From: Pavona decussata
Lineage: Eukaryota
Direction of reading: 5' to 3'
Length of the DNA stretch: 64,000 bases
NCBI GenBank assembly: GCA_977016875.1
Contig: CDRNST010000018.1
Location: 496,001 to 560,000 of the forward strand
Shown here: positions 35,701-48,000 of the stretch, piece by piece
Numbering within the stretch: position 1 is the stretch's first letter
Layout of the letters: each line of letters begins with the position of its first letter
Notes under the pieces: model-generated
The model's database searches: none
Told to the model about the DNA's origin: nothing
What the model saw: only the letters and a program-made list of their open reading frames with translations
Position numbers and translations under genes: made by a program

Positions 35701-38700
35701 CAGAAAAGTGGTACACAAAACCGCACTGCGACAACAGTGGGGGAGGAAGATATTTTAGAACGTGAGTATGATGTTCAATGACTGTTTAACCAGATGAGTG
35801 TACAATCATGTAAATAATCTATAACCTTTGATTACTACTAGTTATTACATTTAGGCTATGGCCCAAAAATGTGCACACCCAATACCAGTCGACTTCTAAT
35901 TCCCAATAAAAAACTTCAATGATATTGATTTATGTATGACTATTTTACAGAACACAATTTGATATTCTACTGACTAATAATAACTATAATAACTGTGTCT
36001 TTGCCAACAAATTTATTTCTACTGTACTTCTTTTTTAATTTTTTTCAATTTTTTATTATTATTTAATTTCATTTCACATCACAACATACCAACATTAATT
36101 TACTTACAGAACATGTGCTTAAACCTTAATAAATTACAAAGAAAAAAAAAACAACAAAACATGCAGAACACTAGAAGATGTTAAAGTACTAAGTACTACA
36201 AACTACTTCTGTTAAAGTGCACGCTCTTAAAATTCTATCTTGAATTTTGTCGTTAAGGTGTTTGGTTTAAAGCCAGGGCCCAGTTTTTCAAAGCCTGATT
36301 AAGCTTAACGTGAATTTTGATTCAAGTTTAATTGCTAATCAATGAAGACTCTTCAAAAAGATTTTTGTCCCTCAGTTTGGACTTGTACTTTTCTTTACTA
36401 CTATCTTAAAATTAGCTTTTAAAAACACTTTTTAATAAGCGAGATGAAAACCTTGATTAATTTTTAATCGAGGATTAGCATTAATTGGCTTTCAAACAAC
36501 CAGGGCCAGGTCTCTCTATAACCTGTATGTTTTGTCCTTGCATAGCATAATTTTAACTCTAGCAGGCTGCCCCTTTGCTCTCTCTACAGTGCTTCCCTCT
36601 AATTTGCTGTGGTGACTTTTTCTTTTTCAGACATATAAATTTCTCAAGTAACTGATGTCCAAAACAATCTATTAATTGATTTATGCAACACTTTTTCTCC
36701 TTCTTTATAGTTTTAAGCGTAAAGAGGTTTTTTATTTGTACCAGTTGGTTAAACGTGCTGATGGTTTAATTCTTTGCAGAATCGAGGAGAAAATTCACCA
36801 GTTCTGGAAGGATGCTGATTTTGGTTACGTAAAATCTGTTCAGGATAATCTACAGTTTGTGTGCAAACCTAAAGAAAATCAGGTCAGAAACATTTTACTA
36901 CTAACACTTGCTGTTTTTTAGGCTTCATGACGAAGACAAGTCAACTAATCCCCTGTAGTTATGTTGTAGGTTAAAATGAATCCCAGGTTAAAATGATTTC
37001 AACCTAGGTTAATTTGTATTTTCCTTTGTTTAAGATGTAAATTACCCAACCTTAACAAAGGAAAATATGAATCAACCTAGGTTGAAATCATTTTAACCTG
37101 GATTCATTTTAACCTACAACAGTTACAGTATAGAGTTCTAAAGGTTGTAAAATGTCCAGGGTTGAACTTGAACATTATCTGGTCTGAAGCAGAGAATGAA
37201 GACTGCTTGTTAAATGGTTTGGTTGCAACTTGTTTATGCTACATTATGCAGACGACAAAGACATGTGGTATTACAGTTTCTCAACCCATTTCTTCAGTGT
37301 CACAAGGTCATGAGTTTTAGTGCCAGGTTTTCTGTGCTACATGTACTTCAATTGTGCTTCAAGTTTGGCAAATGACTATGAACCGTGAGAATCTGTCTCA
37401 TAATTATTTTAGTCTTAAATCTTTCACCCATAGCCTAATAACTAACCCAAGACTGTTAACTGTATGTGTATTTTCTGATTTGTTTTTGGGAATCTCCGTC
37501 ACAGGCAGATAGTTCTTCACTTATTTGCTCAAAGCAGTTGACGTACTGTAAAGCTCATAACCTCCACATGGATTTTAGGGACAGTGGGCAGGGACATGAC
37601 AGGTATGGTACTCATTGTGGCGATATCATGCGAAGGCTGTCGTTCATGTGCATGGAAGCAGTGAACAGTTTGAAAGTGTTGTTTTGTTGTTGTTGTTTTT
37701 TTGCTTCAAGATAGACGAACTTCACATGTCTAAGTGTTATTAGGTTATCAGCTTTCTTTTCATTTCTTTACAAAAGGAAGGGTGTGATGATATCATGTGA
37801 CTGCTATCAACCAATTAGAGACTTAGATTTCCATGTGCTTGGTCGGACATTTTTGATAAACACTGTTTACTTGTGCTATGTCCTTTACTTCATTAAATGC
37901 TTTGAGTTATCTTTTGTCTGTGGTCATTCGAACTACTTTATAGAAAATAACGTCACACTTATTTCTTGTTGGCAAATATACAATTTTAAGTCCTAAAGAA
38001 CACAGAAAACTATTCAATGATGCTATTTGTAAATCCACACTAATTTTTGTCTGTGGCCCAAACATCGGTCTTGTGACCACACCCTGTGCCAGGCTCCTGC
38101 ACCAGGCTGAGAAACCTTTGTCCATGCCATATAGCCCCTTGAATCATGAATATTAAAGGACGTTTCAACATTTTATGTAAATTAAATTCTAATCGTAGCA
38201 GTATGCAGGATGTTTGTCCCATGAACCTAGTTTAATGGCCTTAGCTCCCACAAGTCTCCTGTAGCTCAGTGGTAGAGCATCCGAACTAGTAATCGGAAGG
38301 TCTATTCGACTCGTAACAGGAGCACTCGGAATTTCTTTTTCCGAGTTTGCTTTTGTCATAATGATTACTGAATAATACATCAATCTTATAAAGTACCTCG
38401 TCCTGTACTTAAGTATTGACCTTGATGATAGCTATTCAAAATCTATACATAAATTTTTATCTATTGGACAGTGACAGTGAACAAACAGATCCAGTTGTCA
38501 TAGAATATTAGTAACCATTTTGCAACTTTGCAGTGGCGTCGAGCATTGTTTGTAGCTCAGGCATTCAAACTAGTTAACACTTTACTGTCAGTGATTTTCT
38601 TGCCTCTGTCATATTGCCAACGTCTTTAACATATGAACCGATTCATGTCTTCGAATAATTTCAAAGTTATGGCACTCAAGAGTGAAAGCATTATTGGTGT

Positions 38701-41700
38701 AAAAATGCGATAAAAACCTAATACCCTACCAGATAGTATGTGAAAACTTCATCATAGAATAATAACTTCACTAAAATATTTAGTTAATGCGACAGCAAAT
38801 TAAAATACAAAATTCCAATCCAACCGACAAACTGATCAGTATCATGCCCTTGTTTGTACTCCTGACAGTTTTATCTTTGTTTTGCTTATTCCTCAAAACC
38901 TTAACTGTGTTTGTGTAATCTGTGTACAGTGTTTCTAGGACATTTAAACATGCATTAAAAATAATTTTACTGCAGTGTATTTGCATTGTGTTAATGTGCA
39001 GATCCAGAAATAATCCCTACCCACCCCACAGTGATGACCCAAGGTCATCAGATATTCCTAGTGGAACTGGGGGTAGTTAAAATTCAAAATTTTAGAAGCA
39101 ATGTATGAAGCTTAACTGGAATTTCCTGGGGGGATCGGGAGTGCAAAACAAAAAACCATCCATTTGGGAGTGTGGATATTTTCTGAAATTCATTGCATTG
39201 TTTGCTTAAAGAGTGTTTTTTTTTTGTTTCAGGTCACAGTCCAAGGTATTTAAACCGTCGCTAATCGGTGGTTACTGTGAAGTAGATTCTAATACCCTCA
39301 CTGAAGATGGTAAATACCGAATGGAGCTTAGTTCATGGTAAGAGAAGGTCCCTTTTTTATTAAATATATAACCACAGATATTGTTCTCATATGACATAAT
39401 ATACATGTATATATATGTATACCATCAAACCTGTTAAAATTGGAACGATGAGAAAAGCATGAGGAAATTGCTAAGTGGTATTGGTATTATCCAAGCAAGG
39501 TTTACCTTGGAAACATGGTTTCCATCCCCATGTTTAGCCTCTTTCCCTAAAGTGTACATAGAAGTTCTTTGTCCAAGGTTTTGTGCAGCTAATAATTGGT
39601 CAAAGAGGAATTCTTAGTTGGAGTGTAAGGTGGTGGGCAGATCAATCCAATACTTCTCCTCCATGCAATATTTGGAAACCTAAAGTGGTACAAACATGCT
39701 GGTCCTGGTTGGCTTGTGGTTTTAACTTACTTCCTTACGTGCACAGGGATGTAGCTAAGAAAAACATCAGCTGCTCTATTGGACTGGGTGCACGAGCCTG
39801 ACAAGTACTTGTGTTCTGTTGAAATTTCAGCTGCTGATATGATCTCTTTCAGATGTAGTTGGTTCTTAGCAACATCCCTCCATGCATAGTATTAATTGAA
39901 GGTAACACTAATTCGGGATCCAGTGAATTACTCCAGGGCCCAGTTGCTCAAAGCCTGATTAAAGGGACAGTATCACGCTATTTTTAGTAACACATCGAAA
40001 ATCGGATAGACGCTATTCGGTTGATAGCAGCCAAGATATAATGACAAAATTCCATTTAAAGACTATCAGAATGCAAAGAAACTATCCAAGGATATCTTCG
40101 CCGGCAGATGACCAAGATAGAGAGGGGTTCAAATTTGAAAACGTCTGGCAGACATTTTTAAATTTCGCTGTTGTAACGCACTAAAATCGCTGGTTGTACT
40201 ATATTTTGGTTCAACCTTTCATCTTAGAATCACTATTAATATTTCTTTAAATAAGCGATGGAGAAATTTATTAACACAGTGTTCAAAGTTTAAATTTAGT
40301 GAATTTTGGCCAAAAATCATGATATCTCCCATCGATCTCCCATGATACTGCCCCTTTAAGCTAATCCTAGGTTAACAAATATTTTGATTCAATTAGTTAA
40401 TTACGACTAAACAAGAAAGAATTTTCAAAAAGATTTCTGTCCCTCATTTTTTACTTTGATATTTCTTTACTATTGGCTTAAAATTACATTTAAAAAACAA
40501 ATTTAACGAGCAAGCTGAAAACCTTTAACTTTTAATCATGGATTAGCATTAATCGCCTTTCGGACAATCGGGCCCAGAAATATAACTCAGTTGTGGCAAA
40601 CTGTTAGCCTAAGATGTGTTGCATGGAAGGAATGCCTGAAACATACAGTGTACCACTGACAGAAAGTTTATTTTTTGAGGTTATGATTATATGTTTACCA
40701 TGATGACAAATGTTTCAGGTTAAATGAAGTAGAAGACTTTTCACCATTACCTTTTCAACCATGTCAACAACAGCACTGTGATATTTTAGTGGAAAAACCA
40801 ACCATCTTCATGAAACTGGATGCAGGTTTGTTTTTAGTTCACCAAATTGTTCCATTTTATTAGCTGTGATTAAAGATTATCAGGAAAATATGTTTGGTTA
40901 ATTTAGACGTGTATACATTTAGTAATTACTCAATTTGATTTTTTACTGGAAAGTTAAATGCAAAGTGGAGTTTTCTGTTTTGTATCTGAGGGATCAGCTC
41001 CCAGTTTACGTCATGGGCTCATATCTACCCTGTTAGCAGAGGTTTATTTCTGACAAGTCTTTTAGCATGTACAACGTCGTTTGTGTCTCATATTTCACAT
41101 ATTCAGGGAAGTAAACAAGCCAACTGCGTCAAATACTAGAGATGTGAACAACTTTGTACATGCTAAAAGACTTGCCAGAAAGAATCCTCTGCTAGCAGGT
41201 GTGGATCAATATTATCCCATTCAAGCCTGATTGTGTTTTGAACTTTCCATACATTTGTCTGTTAGCGAACCAGATCATTTATTTCAAGCAAGTTACCTTC
41301 GATTTATTGAATGTTCAGCTCCTTGTTCTGATATTTTGAACTGTTTCTTAATTATTTCACTGATTTTTTCAAATTATGCTTTTCTATTGCAGTTGTAAAT
41401 ATGTACCATCATTTCTGTGATTTTTTTAATCTGTATGTAACACAGCATGTTAATGGGTCCTTTGATACTGATGTCAACATTGTCCTGTGGGAGGAGGTGA
41501 GTGTGTTACTCTGAGTTATTTTCCTTTGATTTATAGTTATTAAAGGAAAATGGAAATTGAACCAACGATAAAACTTAACCACAACATTTGTGTGTTTCAA
41601 ATTCTCTTGTAGCAAATCTTTGACTGCTTGGATTATTATTCACTTGTTTTATGAATCAATGTATCTGCAGTGTAGTACTGGATAACTTACATGTACTCCA

Positions 41701-42054
41701 TTACTGCCTTCAGCACAGTCACTATAATTATACTTTTAATAAGAAGTCCAAATAATAAAACCTCTTTGCATCTCTGGGCGTACATGTACATTGTAAGAGG
41801 ACAACAGGAGTTTACTGCAGTTTTTAAAAATTATTGTAAACACACGGACCCTGTTTTATGCTTATAGTCAATCATAAGTTATATAACTTACTGTAGTTAT
41901 TATTCATGTGTGCTAAATAACTCTTAGAAAACACCCTAACATAGCTTCATGAATCCAGTCCAGTTAATGACTTTTAGGCTCAAATTCTGAGATAATATCC
42001 ACTTCAGCACAGTCAAGTACTTATTTTTACCAGTACTGATCCATTTAATGATTA

Positions 42055-42093
<39 letters not shown>

Positions 42094-45000
42094 TGATTGT
42101 AGTATCAAAGAAGAGGTCTGGGAAATTTTGGAGCAACGTGGAAAGCATTTACCTCCAATCCTGTTTTGTACCTTGGTCAAGAATACAAGAACAAACGGGT
42201 ACATATTTGATAAGAACATCTTACCCAGTTTTGACAATTGACGTTCATTTTTTCCTTGAGACATGTATTGTTTGTAACAATTTTTGTTGTTCACCTTACA
42301 GGTGTGTTTTAAACAGGCAATCTTCGCCCTTCTACCCAGAATGGTGTTTGGTTTGTACTATAACACTCCCTTGGTATGTTCTTTCAAGGAAAATCAGTAT
42401 ACACAGTTTTTATTCACATCCTGAAGCTTTGGGCTGAGACTGAGTTACAGTTAAGAAAATGGTAAACATGCAGCGTGCAACCATCAAGTTATGGATGCAC
42501 GCAGGAGGTTGCTAAGCACGAAAGAAGCGTATGAGTTGCTCGAGGCGTAGCTGAGAGCAACTCTAGCTTCTTGGATGCTTTGCAGACCTCCCAAGTGCAT
42601 CCATAACTTGATCGTTGCATAGCTGTGGCATTTACCATTAATTTTCTTTTATAACATAAATGAATCTGGAGGTTTCTCAATGTAGATCCTGTTGTCATTC
42701 ACGCATCTTGTCAACTTCAAGTACTTATGTGCTGGCCAAATCTGGCACAAAATTAGATTTACTTCTGCAATCACTAGCAAAAACTCTCCTACACTGTTTC
42801 ATGTCCTAAAAATCTCAGAGCCAACCCTTTTCAAAAAAGTATCATAGGTGACACAAATTCAGCAAAAAAATGGTCTTTGAGTTTATTAAATCTAGCACAT
42901 ATGCCTTCAAAGAATTTTCAATGATTATAAGTTTTACAAAGTCTGCTTTTACGTTTAAATATATATATATATTCAGTTTGGTATATTTGAAAATTACAAT
43001 TAACCAAGCTACCATCAGAATTACTAAATTTTCACTGGTCTCCAAAGTGTTCGTTTAAAAAGTTGATTATCCCATTGATGTAGGCAAGCTTGAGGTGTGC
43101 GCATTTATCATAAGAAAGTTTTTGTTTGTAACCGAAATGATCAAAACAACTAAAATGTGGCAGTCAATAGCACAACAAGAAATCAGTCTGCAATTATAGT
43201 TATGAACTAACCTTTATTCCATTTAAAATTCCTCCAAAATAGTCAACACACTGAAAAATCACTGATTATTGTACATTTTTGCATGGACCTTTGACATATA
43301 TTTAACAATTATTCCACGAGCACGCGTTGGATATGAGACGATAGATAGCCAACGAGGCGTGTAGCGCGGAGTTGGCTATAATCATCTCATATCCAACAAG
43401 CGCAAGTGGAATAATTGTTTTATTAAAAATGATCAAGAAATATTGCTAGATCTTACTGATTTCGCTGTGCAAGAACAACCAGAAGGCAATTAAATGGTCG
43501 CCATTTCTCGGCCATGGTATAATGGCTCATATACCATGGCCGCTAAGCCAATCAAATCCCTCGAATTGCATTATACAATGATTCAGTTTTTAATAATTAT
43601 ATTTAGCATATTGTTTTGTGTGTCCTTAGATTCCAGGGTGTTATAAAAGTGGTCTTTTCAAAGCATTCTCAGAATATGTTGTTAGCCAGCTTGGCATTGT
43701 GCAGGGAAAGAACTTACAGGTACATATGAAAAACATTTGACATTGTGATAAGTTATATATAGTTGTGTTGTATAGCTGAGTATTCCTACAGGTATGAGTT
43801 AATTTGCTATCATTTTATGGATATCCCATGGCAAAGAAAAAAATCAGACATGAAAAAAAATTCAGTTGTTTGCCACAACTCTGCCAAATAAACTAGTTCC
43901 CTGTGAATAATATTTTGTTGTGAAAGCTAGCCTTTTATTTTTGTTCTATTGCACATTCTCCTGTAAGAGTGTAATATGGTCTCACATTAATTTAAATGTT
44001 TGCTTATTTTAGTGTGTATTTGTACTCTTGAATACAATGTCGTATAATAGCAAACTTTGTTACACCTAATCTTAGAAGATTTTTCTAGAACAATAACAAC
44101 TTGACTCAATGAACTTGTCCTTAAGTGTGCTCAATAAAACAAGGAAATGTTTGATAAAATTGTTTAACCAATCCCTTTAATGACTCAGTTTTTTTTTTTT
44201 CATTTTAGAACAGCAGTGAACCAGTCAGATTAACATTATTGTCAAGAGGAACACAATTTAGGAAAATATTGAATGAAGACGAGGTAAGGGATTACTAGTC
44301 TGATTGATTTTCTTTAATGAACACTATTTAACCCTTAATTAATATCTCTGAGAACATGTAGTTTACAAAGTATACATGAGGTACAGAATATGTCCCTTCC
44401 CGCTGAAGAAATTAAAAATTTAGAAGGGGAGTTGCTTGAATTATCTCTACATGTATCTCTATCCCGGTGTGTTTTGCACATACATTCATTTGTGCTGGAG
44501 AACAAAAAATCCTACCCAACAAGATTGCAAATAAGTTTCTTTTCTTGAGCAAACATGTCTGACAAGCCATCATTTGTTTGAACAAAACATTGTTCTCATT
44601 TGGCCTTACATGTTTTTATTCTTTTAATATTATTTACAAGCCATTTGTGCTGGTGTTTCAAATAAATTTGTTTTGACATAAATGTGTGATCAAAGTTAAG
44701 ATTTCCTTTCATGTGGGCATGTTCAGGCTTGACATTTATGATGTCTGTCTCAAGATTGAATTGTCAATCCAAGAGATTCCTGAAATCAATTAAATGATCT
44801 TAGGCATATAATGCAACCACACTCTAACTTAAGATGATACCTTAGGCAACCAAGGGTCATTCATAAAATCTGTATGTAAATGTACATCGCCTTGGGGCAT
44901 TATGCTGATCATTGTAACAACCATTATCAACAAGATTAAGTAGTTGGTAATTTTACAGCTAACTCTTTGAACACCCTCATTTTTTTCTTCATGTTTCTTT

Positions 45001-48000
45001 TTAAACAGATTGTTCGTGCCTTGGAAACATACCCTGGAGTGAAGCTGACTGTCTCACAATATTCCTGGTACTTTATATGCTCCATTGTTTCCCCTTTTCA
45101 AACTATTTATTCCTTTCTTTTCTTTTTATTGATGCCTTTTTGAATTTCTTCTTTGTGACATTGTTGGAAGAAGAGGGTTTTTGAAAAAGAAGAAAATTCA
45201 AGTTTGGCGGGATGAAGTCGCTTTTTTTTGGATGTCCCAGTATGCAACTTGCTCTCCAGCATGGTGGATTCTGTACCATGTGACCGTTAGCTGCAAAGGG
45301 TCCATAATTACACTGTAACTGAAGCGATGTCCAAATTTAATTAGAATATTGTATTTTTTGTCAGTTTTGTCTTAACAACGAGGTTAGAAACAAGTTTCTT
45401 GTTTTTCTTATTTGTAAGCTTGTTTCCCTTGAAAAAAGCTAGGTGAGAGTGGCAAACTAGATCGATCGAGTACAACTTTAATTGCTTTTTTAGTTTATTT
45501 CTTTATCATTTTGTTAAATATTCACACTTGTATTTTTCTTTCTAGGGATATGCCTTTCCTTGAACAAGTTGAAGTGAGTTATGTAATATATTAAACACGA
45601 GGAAGAGGCTGTTTCATCCAATTTCCAAACATGGAGAAGTGGGTTGAGAAGACGAGGCGCAGCCGAGTTTTTAATTTACCAAGTTTGAGGTGTTTGGCAA
45701 ATATCGGATGAAACACTCTTTCAAGTTTTTGATGTAGCTCTCAAACCATTAATAACAATATTATTATACTTTTGAGAAATTCAAAGCAAAAGTTCATCAA
45801 CTTTTATGATAATTAAGATCACATTTCCAAACCTCCTTTGCAATAGTGATTTCCTTTGTTTTCTCTTTATGAATTATTAATGAGTTTGAGAACCCTATTG
45901 TTTACATACTGTTTAGTTAGTGGTAGTTTTGAAAAAGAAAAAAAAAACCTCACTGAAGATAATTTGTGGCAAATATGACTTACTGCTGGAAAACAGCCTG
46001 GCAAATGCATTTCATTTGCTAAGTTCTAAGACTTCAAAACTTGATCATTTTGTTTCTTTGTTTAGAGAAGCCACAACACTGACATATTTATTGGAATGCA
46101 TGGAGCTGGTTTAACACACGCGCTCTTTCTACCAGACTGGGCACTTTTATTTGAACTGTAAGTAACTCTGTGTTTAGTGCATCACTTAAAGAACGCTATA
46201 TTGAAAGCCTGGGCCCGGTTGTTCGAAAGTTGATCAACGCTAACCCCCGATTAAAATTTTAGCGAAGTTTTCGTTTTCCTCGTTGAAGATGTTTTTAACA
46301 GCTAATTATAAGCTTCTGGTAAAGAAACGTCTAAGTCAAAACTGACGGAGAAAAATGTTTTTGAAAAAATTCAAAGTTCACGTTCACCGCGGATTAGCTT
46401 GATCGGCCTTTGGTAGCTGGAGGGTAATTACTTGTATTATATTTTAGAAGTCACTGTGGTGACTTGGTAGTATAGTAGTTGGCACGTCGCATTTCCAATC
46501 TTAAGGTCGATTGTTTAAGCCTTTTCTCAACTGTCATATTGTGTGTTGAGATTAGTACACTTTTGCACCTTGTATTCTTCCAACCAGGTGTATAAATTAG
46601 TACCAGCTGTTGTCGACATTCTCCAAAAACAACTTTAATCCCCTCCCCTTTCTTTTCTTCTGTACAAGTCAACTAATACCGGCAACTTTTTCTTGCAACA
46701 AGTTGCGCTTGTTTGTCGCTCGTATTGCCACCTCCGTGCGCAACAAATTTTCGTGTTGCAAAAAATGGAAGCAGCGTCTATTTTCGGCAACGTGAAAACT
46801 TGTTGCGCGCGGAGATGGTAATACGAACAAAAAATAATCGCACCTTGAAATGCAACATTTGTTGCGCGACAAGTTTCAAGAAAATGTTGCGCGTATTACT
46901 CGGCCTAACAGTATTCACATCTGTCAACATTAGAAGTGTCATTGTGCTGCACGTTCACGGTCATCAAAACGCCTTGTCAGTAAGGGTCTGCTCAATTTTC
47001 GACGTCTCAATTTGAAGTTCAGTTAATGTCATGACAATGGCAAAATGATATTTAAGGAAGCGTAAATAGAATCCTAGGGTACCTCCGTAAAGAACCATTC
47101 TAGTGTGGGAGATGTTCCATGATGCGGCAGTGTGTACTGGTTGTGAATTAGGGAAGTGGTCAAAGCTACTATACTCGAACAGGACCCACCAAACCACAAA
47201 ATATGTGGTTGTCTCTGCCTGCACCGCCTTCCTCTACCTCAAAAGATTGTGTATTTTTTGCATAGCCACCCCTCCATCCAACAGTAACAAGAGACAATGA
47301 GATTCAAACATCGCTTTTCTTGTTTATCTAGCTGTGATGACTCTTGCTGGCTGAATATTTCCGTGTCAGCTCAAATTTTAGAGGCAATAAAATTTTGTCG
47401 GTAATGTTCGTGAGATAGTTGGTGGGTCCTCTTCGAACAAAGTTGTTTTGACCAGTTCACTTATGTGAAAGTTTACCTTGATTTTCCTGATGAGTGGTTG
47501 TGTTAGCAATTTGAGTAGAAGTGGCTCTCAGTTACCTGGCTTGAGTCACCCCAGTGAGTGACCCCAGGCTACCATTACCTCCGCAAGCAAACAGCTTCCC
47601 AGGACCGGTTCATCTTTATTCACTTTCTTTTGTGTTATTATCTTCAGATACAATTGTGGTGATACAAATTGTTATCGCGATTTAGCAAGGCTCAGGTAAC
47701 AAACTTTTGCTGCCTTTAACTTCTTTTAATGCGAACTCTCCTTACTTATTGCTTAAAGTGTCTCGCGATTAGTTCTGAGAATTCGAAATCCGCTATAGCA
47801 ATTGATTTCATCGTCAGTTAAAGGAGAAGTATCATGGGGTTTTTGACATCTTTTGTTAAAAATTATGAAATAAGACCTTCAATAAGCTGCCAAATAATTT
47901 TAGAATGACACGAGGAAAGAAATCAACTCAATTCTTGAATGGAACAACTCGTGATCTGTTCTAGCGCATTTTGGAAACAAAAATGCGAGAACTTGAAAAA

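Noticed and set aside
38255-38325. Functional tRNA-Thr gene
   Set aside because: 8-nt anticodon loop, disrupted T arm and variable region, embedded in a longer repeat.
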